NCBI GenBank assembly: GCA_021814005.1
Contig: JAKAJC010000001.1
Coordinates: forward strand, 5,379 to 69,378
From: Candidatus Micrarchaeota archaeon
Lineage (GTDB): Archaea; Micrarchaeota; Micrarchaeia; Anstonellales; Anstonellaceae
Length of the DNA: 64,000 nt
Reading direction: 5' to 3'
Shown: piece by piece, positions 16,569 to 25,430 of the stretch
How the letters are laid out: each line of letters starts with the position of its first letter
Numbering within the stretch: position 1 is the first letter of the stretch
Translations under genes and position numbers: made by a program
The notes under the pieces: generated by a model
What the model was told of the DNA's origin: nothing
What the model saw: only the letters and a program-made list of their open reading frames with translations
Databases searched by the model: none

Positions 16569-17378
16569 ATGGCATCCAAAGTCCCTGTATATGGAACCGA
16601 CGGCCAGACGCTCGGCACGACCGACCTGCCGGCAGCGTTCGACGAGCCGGTGCGCGCAGACCTCATCTCGCGCGCCGCCATTTCCGACCAGACATACTTC
16701 TACCAGCCCAAGGGCCCGTTCCCCCGCGCAGGCATGCAGACATCTGCACGCTACCGCGGCCGCAAGGACGACTTCGGCTCAATCAAGAACCACGGCATCG
16801 CCATGCGCGCCCACGAGGTTCTGGCGAAAGGCAAATGGGGCAAAGCGCGTATCATCCCCGGCACATTCAAGGGCCGCCGCGCGCACCCGCCCCATGTTGA
16901 AAAGAAACTCATCGAGTTGATGAACAAGAAAGAATATTCGAAAGCCCTGCGCTCGGCCATTGCCGCAACAGCTTCGGCTGCCGATGTTGCACGCCGCGGA
17001 CACAAGCTCCCCGCAAAACTCATGCTCCCCATCGTTTTCGATTCATCTGTTGAGGAGAAAATTTCCAAGACGGCCGCAATCAACGCATTGCTGCTCAAGC
17101 TCGGGCTTGAGACCGAGATGGTGCGCGCGCAGAAATCCCACCCCCGCTCGGGTGTTGGCTCCCGCAAGGGAGGCGCACGCCGCTCAAAAACGCTTCTCGT
17201 CGTGGTCGGCACGCACGAGGCCCCGCTCGCACGCGCGGCCCGCAACATTGCCGGCGTCGACGTTGTGACGGTCAACCACCTGCGCGTGATTGATTTGGCC
17301 CCCGGTGCAAAGGCCGGCCGCCTGACAGCATTCACAAAATCCGCCTTGGCCGCAATCGGAGCCAAGAAGGTCGAATAA
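16569..17378 (+). CDS. rpl4: 50S ribosomal protein uL4
   Basis: Conserved position and sequence ('YQPKGPFPRAGMQTSA'). True ATG at 16569; the track start at 16560 is the GTG of the SD. Confidence 0.95.
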   Translation: MASKVPVYGTDGQTLGTTDLPAAFDEPVRADLISRAAISDQTYFYQPKGPFPRAGMQTSARYRGRKDDFGSIKNHGIAMRAHEVLAKGKWGKARIIPGTFKGRRAHPPHVEKKLIELMNKKEYSKALRSAIAATASAADVARRGHKLPAKLMLPIVFDSSVEEKISKTAAINALLLKLGLETEMVRAQKSHPRSGVGSRKGGARRSKTLLVVVGTHEAPLARAARNIAGVDVVTVNHLRVIDLAPGAKAGRLTAFTKSALAAIGAKKVE

Positions 17379-17398
17379 ACAAATACCAAGTGATATTC

Positions 17399-17779
17399 AT
17401 GGCAGAAGCAAAGAAAACAAATCCAAACGGCGCAACGGCAAAACCGCTCGCGGCAAAAACAAGCGCGCAGACGGGCAAATCAACAATTTCGCCTCTCGCG
17501 CCCACGCCCAATCCGGCGGCCGGCACGCACACGGCTGTTCTGCGCTACCCGATTACAACCGAGAAGGCCATCGGCATGATTGAGCTTGAGAACAAGCTCG
17601 TCTTTGTCGTCGAGCCCGAAGCCACAAAGCAGCAGATAAAGGCCGAGATTGAGCGCATGTTCAAGGTGAAGGTCGGCAAGGTCAACACTAAAATCACGCC
17701 GACAGGCATCAAGCACGCATACATCCGCCTCAAAGAGGGCAAGGCCGACGACATCGCGGCGCAGCTCAAGATTGTGTAA
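17399..17779 (+). CDS. rpl23: 50S ribosomal protein uL23 (with about 45-aa Ala/Pro/Thr-rich N-terminal extension)
   Basis: C-terminal 'LRYPITTEKAIGMIELENKLVFVV...KVGKVNT' is uL23; ATG at 17399. Confidence 0.9.
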   Translation: MAEAKKTNPNGATAKPLAAKTSAQTGKSTISPLAPTPNPAAGTHTAVLRYPITTEKAIGMIELENKLVFVVEPEATKQQIKAEIERMFKVKVGKVNTKITPTGIKHAYIRLKEGKADDIAAQLKIV

Positions 17780-17805
17780 TGTAATATACTGACAAAGGGA
17801 TTGCA

Positions 17806-18549
17806 ATGGGCAAACTACTCAAACAGCAAAGACGCGGCAAGGGCTCGGGTGCATACCGCGCCCCCTCGCACCGCTACGGCGCAAAAGTGGCGTTCCGCCC
17901 TCTCGACGAGGTCGAAAAGAGCGGCAGCCTGCGCGGCGCGGTCATGAAATTCGAAGACGACCCCGGCCACCAGACAGTTCTCATGATGGTCCGCTTTGTG
18001 GACGGAACCGAAATCTGGCTTCCGGCCGCAGAAGGAATCGCCATCGGCGACGAGGTTTGCACAGGCGCGGCGGCCCCCATGGCCCGCAGCGCAATTCTCC
18101 CGCTCTCACGCGTGCCTGAAGGAGGCTACGTGTTCAACATCGAGCGCTCCCCCGGCGACGGCGGAAAGCTTGCGCGCGCGCCCGGCTCATACGCCGTGGT
18201 GTCGGCCCGCGAGCACGGAATAGTTTATCTCAAGATGCCCAGCCACCACACGGTGGAGATGCAGGCAACCTGCCGCGCGCAGGTCGGAATAACCTGCGGA
18301 GGCGGCCGCCTCGAGCGCCCGTTGCTGAAAGCCGGCGCCAACCATTACAAGAAACACGCTCAAAACCGCAAGTGGCCCGTCAACCGTGGTGTCCACATGT
18401 CTGCCTACACCCATCCGTTCGGAGGCAAGCAGCACCACAAGGGACGCGGCTCGGCTACAAGCCGCGGCGCTCCGCCCGGAAGAAAGGTCGGCCACATTGC
18501 AGCCCGCTCGACGGGACGGCGCAAGGCCAACCGCGACGAGAACCAGTAA
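17806..18549 (+). CDS. rpl2: 50S ribosomal protein uL2
   Basis: 'GGRLERPLLKAG', 'VRGVHMSAYTHPFGGKQHH' and synteny. Confidence 0.95.
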   Translation: MGKLLKQQRRGKGSGAYRAPSHRYGAKVAFRPLDEVEKSGSLRGAVMKFEDDPGHQTVLMMVRFVDGTEIWLPAAEGIAIGDEVCTGAAAPMARSAILPLSRVPEGGYVFNIERSPGDGGKLARAPGSYAVVSAREHGIVYLKMPSHHTVEMQATCRAQVGITCGGGRLERPLLKAGANHYKKHAQNRKWPVNRGVHMSAYTHPFGGKQHHKGRGSATSRGAPPGRKVGHIAARSTGRRKANRDENQ

Positions 18550-18560
18550 GGTGAATGATT

Positions 18561-18992
18561 ATGGTGAAAATCGAAAAATACCGCGGCTCGGTCAAGAAAG
18601 AGCTCGAGGCCGTCACACCCGAAGAGTCGCTCTCGCTGCTCACAAGCCGCGCGCGCCGCTCGCTCAAGCGCGCGATGGAGGGCAAGAACCTTGACTTCCG
18701 CAAGCTGATGAAAAAGGTCTCGGCGTTCCAGGCCAAGATGGCCGGCAAGCCCGTCAAGGAGGGCGCAATGCCGAAGGCAATCAAGACTCGCGTTCGCGCC
18801 GCCGTCGTCCTGCCCAGTTGGGTGGGCCTGACATTCGGAATTTACAGCGGCAAGGAGTACAAGAACGTGCTCATCACGCCCGACAAAATCGGCTACCGCC
18901 TCGGTGACTTCATGCACACCACCGGACGCGTGCTGCACTCGGGCCCCGGTATCGGAGCCACCCGCGGCTCGAAATTCATCCCGCTGAAGTGA
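18561..18992 (+). CDS. rps19: 30S ribosomal protein uS19
   Basis: 'GLTFGIYSGKEYKNVLITPDKIGYRLGDFMHT'. The ATG at 18561 is 6 nt after AGGTGA. Confidence 0.9.
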   Translation: MVKIEKYRGSVKKELEAVTPEESLSLLTSRARRSLKRAMEGKNLDFRKLMKKVSAFQAKMAGKPVKEGAMPKAIKTRVRAAVVLPSWVGLTFGIYSGKEYKNVLITPDKIGYRLGDFMHTTGRVLHSGPGIGATRGSKFIPLK

Positions 18993-18996
18993 GAAC

Positions 18997-19593
18997 ATGG
19001 CAAACTACGCATACCAGTCCGCACCAAACGAGCGCCTCGCTCGCGCCCGAGTGGACGGAGTCAACGCCAGCTACAAAGACCTCTGCAACGTCTGCGAGAA
19101 CGTTCGCGGGCGCCGCGACGACGCGGCCCTGCAGTTCCTCACCGAGGCTGCCGAGGGCGAGAGGGCTGTGCGTTATTTCAACCACAACAAGCACCGCGGC
19201 CACGTCCGCGAGCTTGGGGGCAAGAAGGGCGGCTGGCCCGTCAAGTCGTGCAAAATCGTGCGCGACGTTCTCGAAAACGCAATGGCCAACGCCGAGAAAT
19301 TGGGATTGGGCCCGTGCAAAATCATCCACATTCAGGCAAACAAGGGACTGGTCTACGGACGCATGGCCTCGAAAGGAGGCAAGCGCGGCCGCTCCAACCT
19401 TGAGACGGCGTTCGTGGAAATCGTGCTTCGCGAGCTGAAGACTGCCGACGGAAAAGAAAGAGAACACAAAGTCGAGACAAAGCCGGCAGAAAAGAAAGTT
19501 GAAGAGAAAAAAACCGAGACTCCGAAAGTCGAGGCAAAAAAAATCGAGGTTGCAAAGCAGACAGTTGCCGCCCCGCAGAAAATGACAGTTTGA
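18997..19593 (+). CDS. rpl22: 50S ribosomal protein uL22 (Lys/Glu-rich C-terminal extension)
   Basis: N-terminal 150 aa are uL22-like ('ARVDGVNASYKDLCNVCENVRG'). The tail is 'KEREHKVETKPAEKKVEEKKTETPKVEAKK'. Confidence 0.9.
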   Translation: MANYAYQSAPNERLARARVDGVNASYKDLCNVCENVRGRRDDAALQFLTEAAEGERAVRYFNHNKHRGHVRELGGKKGGWPVKSCKIVRDVLENAMANAEKLGLGPCKIIHIQANKGLVYGRMASKGGKRGRSNLETAFVEIVLRELKTADGKEREHKVETKPAEKKVEEKKTETPKVEAKKIEVAKQTVAAPQKMTV

Positions 19594-19612
19594 TGATAAT
19601 TTAGGTGATGCT

Positions 19613-20374
19613 TTGGGAATTGAGCGTAAGTTTGTTGAAGAGGCCATTGTCCGTTACCAGGTCTCCAACTTCCTGGAGAAGGAGCTGGACCGCGCGGGCT
19701 TCACACACGTCGACATTCAGCGCACCCCGATGGTGACGCGCATTGCGGTCGAGGTCACGACACCGGGCCGCGTTATCGGCAAGAAGGGCCGCACAATCCG
19801 CGACCTCACCGACATGATTGCAGGCGAATTCAAGATGGAGAATCCGCAGATTTCGGTGGTCGAGACGGCCAAGCCCGAGCTCGAACCGCGCCTTGTGGCA
19901 AAGAAAATCTGCAGATTCATCGAGATGGGCAAGAAGCCCCGCGCCATTCTGCACTCGGCATTGCGCGACATCATGGCGAACGGAGCGCTCGGCGCAGAAA
20001 TTCTTGCGGCCGGCAAACTGGCTGCAAAAGGCGGCCGCTCCAAAGCTCTCAGAGTAATGGCAGGCTATGTTCCCAAAGCTGGTGAACCGGCCCGCCTCGT
20101 CAAAGTCGGCCACGTCACGGCCTACCCCAAGTCGGGAGCAATCGGAATTCTGGTGCGCCTCGTGCTGCCCGGAACCGTGTTCCCCGACAAGGGAGTGGTG
20201 ACAAAGGTCGAGATTCCCAAGCTTATCGCCCACGCAGAAGACGTGGCCGAGACGCGCTCGGTGCGCGAAGAGGCGCTCGACCCGCTCAAAGGCGCAACAG
20301 CGCCGCCCCGCCGCCGCATGCCCCCGCGCCGCCCCATGGGCGGAAGCGCAAGGCCCGGGCCGCGCAGGCACTAA
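19613..20374 (+). CDS. rps3: 30S ribosomal protein uS3
   Basis: KH-domain 'VTTPGRVIGKKGRTIRDL'. TTG start behind AGGTGAT; synteny. Confidence 0.9.
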   Translation: MGIERKFVEEAIVRYQVSNFLEKELDRAGFTHVDIQRTPMVTRIAVEVTTPGRVIGKKGRTIRDLTDMIAGEFKMENPQISVVETAKPELEPRLVAKKICRFIEMGKKPRAILHSALRDIMANGALGAEILAAGKLAAKGGRSKALRVMAGYVPKAGEPARLVKVGHVTAYPKSGAIGILVRLVLPGTVFPDKGVVTKVEIPKLIAHAEDVAETRSVREEALDPLKGATAPPRRRMPPRRPMGGSARPGPRRH

Positions 20375-20389
20375 ATTGAGGTTATGAAT

Positions 20390-20653
20390 ATGGCAATCAT
20401 CCGCAAAAAAGAGCTCAAGTCCATGGACGTTACGGCGCTCACAGCCAAGCTTGGCGACGTGCGCAAAGAGCTCAACTCGGAGAGGGGGCTTGTCAAAAGC
20501 GGCGGCCGCTCCTCCAACCCCGGCAAAATCAAGGAGCTGCGCCGCACAGTCGCGCGCATACTCACATTCATCGCCCAGAAGGGCGAAGTCATCGCGCCTA
20601 ACGCTCTCAAGCGGCCCATGAGCCGCAAGACAGAGGTGAAACCAAGTGCCTGA
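20390..20653 (+). CDS. rpl29: 50S ribosomal protein uL29
   Basis: 'MAIIRKKELKSMDVTALTAKLGDVRKELNSER'; synteny. Confidence 0.9.
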   Translation: MAIIRKKELKSMDVTALTAKLGDVRKELNSERGLVKSGGRSSNPGKIKELRRTVARILTFIAQKGEVIAPNALKRPMSRKTEVKPSA

Positions 20654-20963
20654 AATCTGCCCAAAGTGCGGCCTGCCCAAGGAAATCTGTGCCTGCGATA
20701 TCCTCGACAAGGAAGAGGTTCGCAAAATCAGGGTGTTCGCAACCAAGAAACGGTTCCGAAAACTCGTGACGGTCATAGAGGGGCTGGATGGAGAACGGCT
20801 GGATGAATGCGCGAAGGAGCTGAAAACCAAACTGGCCTGCGGCGGCACCGTCAAGGAGGGTGTCATCGTGCTGCAAGGAAACCATTTGGCGAAAATCAAA
20901 GCCCTTCTGATGGCGCAGAATTATCCGGCCGAGAGCATCGTCATCATCCCCGGCCTGAATTGA
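20646..20963 (+). CDS. sui1: Translation initiation factor aSUI1 (eIF1 homologue)
   Basis: 'CPKCGLPKEICAC' zinc knuckle plus the SUI1 domain 'IRVFATKKRFRKLVTVIEGL'. GTG start 6 nt after GAGGTGA; overlaps the rpl29 end by 8 nt. Confidence 0.9.
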   Translation: MPEICPKCGLPKEICACDILDKEEVRKIRVFATKKRFRKLVTVIEGLDGERLDECAKELKTKLACGGTVKEGVIVLQGNHLAKIKALLMAQNYPAESIVIIPGLN

Positions 20964-20980
20964 ATGCACAAAGGGAAACC

Positions 20981-21259
20981 ATGGATCCGATAATGGTCGA
21001 GGAATGGCGGGGCTTGCGCCTGCGCGTCATCGAAGCTGCCAATCCCAAACAAATCGGTTTGGAGGGCTTGCTTGTGGATGAGGGCGTGTCGCAATTGTCC
21101 GTGCGCTGTGACGACGGTCGGATCCGGCAGATTCCAAAAAGCGGCACCCGACTGGAAACGGTCGGCGGCGCAAAAAAAATGATAATCGATGCGGGCGCGG
21201 CTCTCATGCGGTCTGAAGACCGCACGAAAAAGCTGTACCGCAAAATCATGAGCAAGTGA
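20981..21259 (+). CDS. rnp1: RNase P protein component 1 (Rpp29/Pop4 homologue)
   Basis: 92 aa, 'GLRLRVIEAANPKQIGLEGLLVDEGVSQLSV' Sm-like fold, in the canonical slot between sui1/rpl29 and rps17. The track ORF (20807) over-extends. Confidence 0.8.
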   Translation: MDPIMVEEWRGLRLRVIEAANPKQIGLEGLLVDEGVSQLSVRCDDGRIRQIPKSGTRLETVGGAKKMIIDAGAALMRSEDRTKKLYRKIMSK

Positions 21260-21325
21260 AAAAACAAATGAATGAAACGAAAAACCAAACGCATGAAAAA
21301 CAAAATGCAATGGAACGTGACCATT

Positions 21326-21706
21326 ATGAGTTCAAATAACATCGAACGGCCGCTGTCCACGCGCGGACACATCACCAGCGGAGTGGTCGTCTCTGACCGC
21401 GCCAAGCGCACAGTCATCGTGCAGCGCGACATCGAGACCTACATCCCCCGCTACAAGAGGTACGCCCGCTCCATCTCCAAGACACCTGCGCACAACCCCG
21501 AGGAAATGGGCGCGCGCATGGGAGACGTGGTGGAAATCGCGGAGTGCCGCAAGATTTCCAAGACAAAGGCGTGGATTGTGACAAAAATCCTCCACCGCGG
21601 ACAGGGCCGGCTCGAGCCCGGACAGGTCAAGCCCCATGACGAGGGCCAGTACAACAAGGAGGCGGAGAAGAAAGACGCCGCCGTCAAAACAGAAGCGAAA
21701 AATTAG
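21326..21706 (+). CDS. rps17: 30S ribosomal protein uS17 (charged C-terminal extension)
   Basis: 'GVVVSDRAKRTVIVQRDIETYIPRYKRY...GDVVEIAECRKISKTKAW'. The ATG at 21326 follows GTGACCATT. Confidence 0.9.
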   Translation: MSSNNIERPLSTRGHITSGVVVSDRAKRTVIVQRDIETYIPRYKRYARSISKTPAHNPEEMGARMGDVVEIAECRKISKTKAWIVTKILHRGQGRLEPGQVKPHDEGQYNKEAEKKDAAVKTEAKN

Positions 21707-21734
21707 ATTGATGCTGAAAATTTAGGTGTTGTGT

Positions 21735-22133
21735 ATGAAAGGATTGGGCGCAAGAGTGAACAAAGGCCTCCAGGTCGGCTCCAAGATAGTGTGCAATGAC
21801 AATTCTGGCGTGAAAATCGCCCAGATTATCGGCACGCGCGGCGCCAAGGCGTCCAAGGCAATGTACCCCAAGGTGGGAGTTGGAGACATCGTAATCGTGG
21901 CCGTGAAAAAGGGCACGCAGCAGATGAGGAAAAAAGTGCTCAAGGCGCTCATCGTGCGCCAGAAGCAGATTTTCCGCCGCCCCAACGGCATGCGCATCAT
22001 GTTCGAGGACAACGCGCTGGTCATTGTCGATGACCAGGGCCTGCCCGTGGGAACCGAAATCAAGGGCGCAGTCGCACGCGAAGTCGCGGACCGCTACCCC
22101 AAGGTGGCGGCAATCGCCCCCGCAGTAGTGTGA
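21735..22133 (+). CDS. rpl14: 50S ribosomal protein uL14
   Basis: 'VCNDNSGVKIAQIIG...GDIVIVAVKKG'; synteny. Confidence 0.95.
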   Translation: MKGLGARVNKGLQVGSKIVCNDNSGVKIAQIIGTRGAKASKAMYPKVGVGDIVIVAVKKGTQQMRKKVLKALIVRQKQIFRRPNGMRIMFEDNALVIVDDQGLPVGTEIKGAVAREVADRYPKVAAIAPAVV

Positions 22134-22154
22134 TAACCAAACAAGAGTGATATC

Positions 22155-22589
22155 ATGTTCAATTCGATACAACCCCGCAAACAGCGCAAAGACCGCTACA
22201 CTGCGCCGCTTCATGCGCGCAAGGCGATGATGCACGTGCACATCAGCAAGGAGCTGCGCGCCAAACTCGGCATCACGCGCCGCTCGATTCAGATTCACAA
22301 GGGCGACAAGGTCCGCCTGCGCGTCGGCGAGGAGACCGGCAAAATCGGCGCAGTAATGCGCGCCGACTACAACAGGCTGCGCCTCTATGTCGAGGGATTC
22401 GTGAACAAGACGGCCCGCGGAGTGGAGAAGCTCAAGCCCATCCAGCCGGCCAACGTGGAAATCGTTGACGGGGATTTCGCAAAAAAAGACCGCGCCGAGA
22501 TTCTTGCGCGCGGAAAAAAGAAAGCGGGTGCAACTGCAAGCGTGAAGACAAGCATGCCGGCCGCACCAGCTGCAACAAAGACAAATTGA
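22155..22589 (+). CDS. rpl24: 50S ribosomal protein uL24
   Basis: KOW motif 'IHKGDKVRLRVGEETGKIGAV'; synteny. Confidence 0.9.
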   Translation: MFNSIQPRKQRKDRYTAPLHARKAMMHVHISKELRAKLGITRRSIQIHKGDKVRLRVGEETGKIGAVMRADYNRLRLYVEGFVNKTARGVEKLKPIQPANVEIVDGDFAKKDRAEILARGKKKAGATASVKTSMPAAPAATKTN

Positions 22590-22613
22590 TGACATTCATT
22601 TGAGATGATATTT

Positions 22614-23315
22614 ATGGCCAAACGAGGAGGATCCCGCCATTACAAGCGCCTGACCGTTCCCAGCAGCTTGCCGGTTATCGGCCGCAAGCACATCCACTGG
22701 CTGCTCTCGCCCAAGCCGGGCCCGCACCCGCGCCATCAGGCGCTGGCGCTGGGAGTCCTGCTGCGCGACTCGCTGCATGTCGGCGAAGACATGCGCGAGG
22801 TGAAAAAGGCGGTTGTCGCGGGCTCAATCAAGGTTGACGGCCACATAGTGCGCGACGTGCGCCGCGCCGTCGGCCTGATGGACATTGTCGAGATTCCCAA
22901 GATGGGAAAGACATGGCGCATGCAGATTGCGGGAGGCCGCCTCTCGCCCAAGGAGATTGACGGCGCGTCCGCCAAGCACAAGCTGTGCAAGGTCACGGGC
23001 AAGCGCACAATCGCCGCCAAGGCGGTCCAGATTACGCTTCATGACGGCCGCACAATGAAGGCAGACAACAGCGTCAAGATGGGCGCCACTCTCGCCCTCA
23101 GCGTGCCGGCATTCAAGCTCGAAAAGCAGCTGGCCCTGCAGCCCGGAGTGCGCTGCCTCATCACAAGCGGCAAACACGCCGGCGAAATCGCGGTGCTGGA
23201 AAACATCATCGAGCGCGTCGGCTCGATGGGCTCCGAGGCCCAGATGAAGGCGGGCGGAGAGAACTTCATCACAGTCACGAAATACCTTTTCGTGGTGGAT
23301 GACCAGTTCGCCTAA
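22614..23315 (+). CDS. rps4e: 30S ribosomal protein eS4
   Basis: 'GSRHYKRLTVP...WLLSPKPGPH' and 'VKVDGHIVRD'; ATG at 22614. Confidence 0.95.
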   Translation: MAKRGGSRHYKRLTVPSSLPVIGRKHIHWLLSPKPGPHPRHQALALGVLLRDSLHVGEDMREVKKAVVAGSIKVDGHIVRDVRRAVGLMDIVEIPKMGKTWRMQIAGGRLSPKEIDGASAKHKLCKVTGKRTIAAKAVQITLHDGRTMKADNSVKMGATLALSVPAFKLEKQLALQPGVRCLITSGKHAGEIAVLENIIERVGSMGSEAQMKAGGENFITVTKYLFVVDDQFA

Positions 23316-23349
23316 GAATTGACAAACATGCATTTATCGGGAGATTGAT

Positions 23350-23871
23350 ATGGAAAACACGCAGAATCCGATGCGGCGCATCGTCATCGACAAAATCACG
23401 CTCAATATCGGCGTGGGCCACGCCGGCGCGGACTTGGAGAACGCCAAGACGCTGTTGGAGAGGCTCTCTGGCCGGCATGCAGTGGAAACACTCGCCCGCG
23501 TGCGCAACCCTGTCTTCAAAATCAAGAAGGGCGACCCCATCGGCGCGAAGACAACGCTTCGCGGCGGCGAGGCCTTCGAGTTCGTGAAGAAGGCGCTGCA
23601 TGTGCGCGAGTTCAAGCTTCCCAAGCGCTCCTTCGACAAGGAGGGGCACTTTTCGTTCGGCGTGCCCGAGTACATCGAGTTCCCGGGCGCCAAATATGAC
23701 CCTAAAATCGGCATCATCGGCTTCGACGTGTGCGTCACTCTCCGCCGTGCGGGAGGCGCGCGCGTCACACGCCGCAGATATGCACGTTCCGACATAGGCA
23801 AGTCCCATCGGATCAGCAAGGCGGATGCGCAGGAGTTCGCAACAGCGGCCCTGGGCATCAAGCTCGTCTGA
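23350..23871 (+). CDS. rpl5: 50S ribosomal protein uL5
   Basis: 'NPMRRIVIDKITLNIGVG' and 'FSFGVPEYIEFPG'; synteny. Confidence 0.95.
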   Translation: MENTQNPMRRIVIDKITLNIGVGHAGADLENAKTLLERLSGRHAVETLARVRNPVFKIKKGDPIGAKTTLRGGEAFEFVKKALHVREFKLPKRSFDKEGHFSFGVPEYIEFPGAKYDPKIGIIGFDVCVTLRRAGGARVTRRRYARSDIGKSHRISKADAQEFATAALGIKLV

Positions 23872-23888
23872 CACCCGAGGTGTTCCTG

Positions 23889-24065
23889 ATGACAACAACG
23901 AAGAATTCCAAACCGCTCCCGCTTGAATACCGTTTCAAGGGCAAGGCCATGCGCAAATGCCGCTTCTGCGGCACATCCAGAGGAATCATCCGCTCCTATG
24001 GATTGCGCATATGCAGGCGGTGCTTCCGCGAAGTCGGCGAGAGAATAGGTTTCCGAAAGTTCTAG
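23889..24065 (+). CDS. rps14: 30S ribosomal protein uS14 (zinc-binding type)
   Basis: 58 aa, 'CRFCGTSRGIIRSYGLRICRRCFRE'. The track ORF at 23730 over-extends. Confidence 0.9.
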   Translation: MTTTKNSKPLPLEYRFKGKAMRKCRFCGTSRGIIRSYGLRICRRCFREVGERIGFRKF

Positions 24066-24076
24066 AGGGCGATGTG

Positions 24077-24466
24077 ATGGTTTCCAAAGATTTACTGGCT
24101 GACGCGCTTAACACCCTCAAGACGCACGAGATAGCGGGCAAACCCGACTGTGACGTGCGCCCGAGCAAGATGGTGCGTGAGACACTCAAGATATTGCAGG
24201 CCAAGGGCTACATCGGCGACTTCGAGTACGTCGACGAGGGCAGCACGGGCCACTTCCGCATCAAGCTTCTGGGCCGCATCAACCAGTGCGGCGCAATCAA
24301 GCCCCGCTACCCGGTCAAGAAGACCGAGTGGAACGAATGGGAGCAGAAGTTCATCCCCGGTGTGGGATTCGGCACGCTGATTGTCAGCACGCCGAAAGGA
24401 CTGATGACAAACGAGGAGGCGAAAACGGCCGCCACGGGCGGACGTCTCATCGCTTTCATTTACTAA
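24077..24466 (+). CDS. rps8: 30S ribosomal protein uS8
   Basis: 'DLLADALNTLKTHEIAGK...LKILQAKGYIGDFEYVD'; ATG at 24077. Confidence 0.95.
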   Translation: MVSKDLLADALNTLKTHEIAGKPDCDVRPSKMVRETLKILQAKGYIGDFEYVDEGSTGHFRIKLLGRINQCGAIKPRYPVKKTEWNEWEQKFIPGVGFGTLIVSTPKGLMTNEEAKTAATGGRLIAFIY

Positions 24467-24475
24467 GTGATGTTC

Positions 24476-24997
24476 ATGGCAAAACAGACGCAAATCACAC
24501 ACCAGCTCCCCGTGCCTTCCGGCGTCACCGTTACTCTGGGCGAGAACGGCCACTCCATCAAGGCGTCGGGCAAAGCCGGCAAGGTGGAGCGCATTGTCAA
24601 AATCGACAACGTGAAAGCCAAGATGGCCGGCTCCAACATCGAGATATCGGGCAACCTGCGCGAGGCCAACACCTTGCGCGCCCACTTCGCCAACGTGCTC
24701 GATGGCGTGCAGAACGGCTACAAGCGCAAGCTCAAAATCGTCTATGCCCACTTCCCGTTCTCGCTCGAAGTCAAGGGCAAGGACATCGTGATCAAGAACT
24801 TCCTGGGCGAGAAACAGCCGCGCCACGCAGACCTCATCGGACAGACAAAGCTCGAAATAAAGGGCGCCGACATCATGGTCAACGGCGTGGACGTCGAGGA
24901 AGTCGGCCAGACAATTGCCAACATCCGCCAGGCAACGCGCATCCGCGACCGCGATTCCCGCGTGTTCCAGGACGGCGTATATCCGGTCGAATTGTGA
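24476..24997 (+). CDS. rpl6: 50S ribosomal protein uL6
   Basis: Two-domain uL6 sequence ('YAHFPFSLEVKGKDIVIKNFLGEK'); ATG at 24476. Confidence 0.95.
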   Translation: MAKQTQITHQLPVPSGVTVTLGENGHSIKASGKAGKVERIVKIDNVKAKMAGSNIEISGNLREANTLRAHFANVLDGVQNGYKRKLKIVYAHFPFSLEVKGKDIVIKNFLGEKQPRHADLIGQTKLEIKGADIMVNGVDVEEVGQTIANIRQATRIRDRDSRVFQDGVYPVEL

Positions 24998-25007
24998 GGA
25001 GATTCTC

Positions 25008-25406
25008 ATGACGCTCAAGAAAAAACGCATTCCAAAATTCCTGCGCCCCAACTACGGACGCAGCAGCCGCTCGCGCATAGGCTTGGCGTGGAGACGCCCG
25101 CGCGGCATTGACAACAAGAAGCGCATCGGCGTGGCCAAGATGGGCTGCTCGCCCATGATCGGCTACGGACAGGCAGCGGACGTCAAGGGCCGCCACCCCT
25201 CCGGAGTGTATGAAGTTTATATCGAAAATCTCAAGCAGATGGAGAAATTCGACTCCAAGACCGCGCTCGCAGGACCGAACGGCACATCGCCTGCCCCGAG
25301 CGGAACCGAATTCGCCGTGCGCATCGCCGGCACGGTCGGCAAGAGACTGAAGGCGAAAATCATCGCAGCCGCGAAGGCCAAGAACCTGCGCGTGCTCAAT
25401 CCCTAA
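25008..25406 (+). CDS. rpl32e: 50S ribosomal protein eL32
   Basis: 'KFLRPNYGRSSRSRIGLAWRRPRGIDNKKR'; ATG at 25008. Confidence 0.9.
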   Translation: MTLKKKRIPKFLRPNYGRSSRSRIGLAWRRPRGIDNKKRIGVAKMGCSPMIGYGQAADVKGRHPSGVYEVYIENLKQMEKFDSKTALAGPNGTSPAPSGTEFAVRIAGTVGKRLKAKIIAAAKAKNLRVLNP

Positions 25407-25430
25407 AGATGAAATGAAAGGATGATATTC

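Noticed and set aside
19601-20899. Long antisense ORFs (432 aa here; also 24879-26051, 37749-38906, 21684-22595, 24092-25051, 28878-29894, 6843-7883, 56886-57533, 40590-41276)
   Set aside because: All lie opposite strongly conserved genes (r-proteins, GT2, beta-CASP, pelota). They have the Arg/Ala/Gly/His-rich composition typical of stop-poor antisense frames in GC-rich DNA, and they lack SD motifs.
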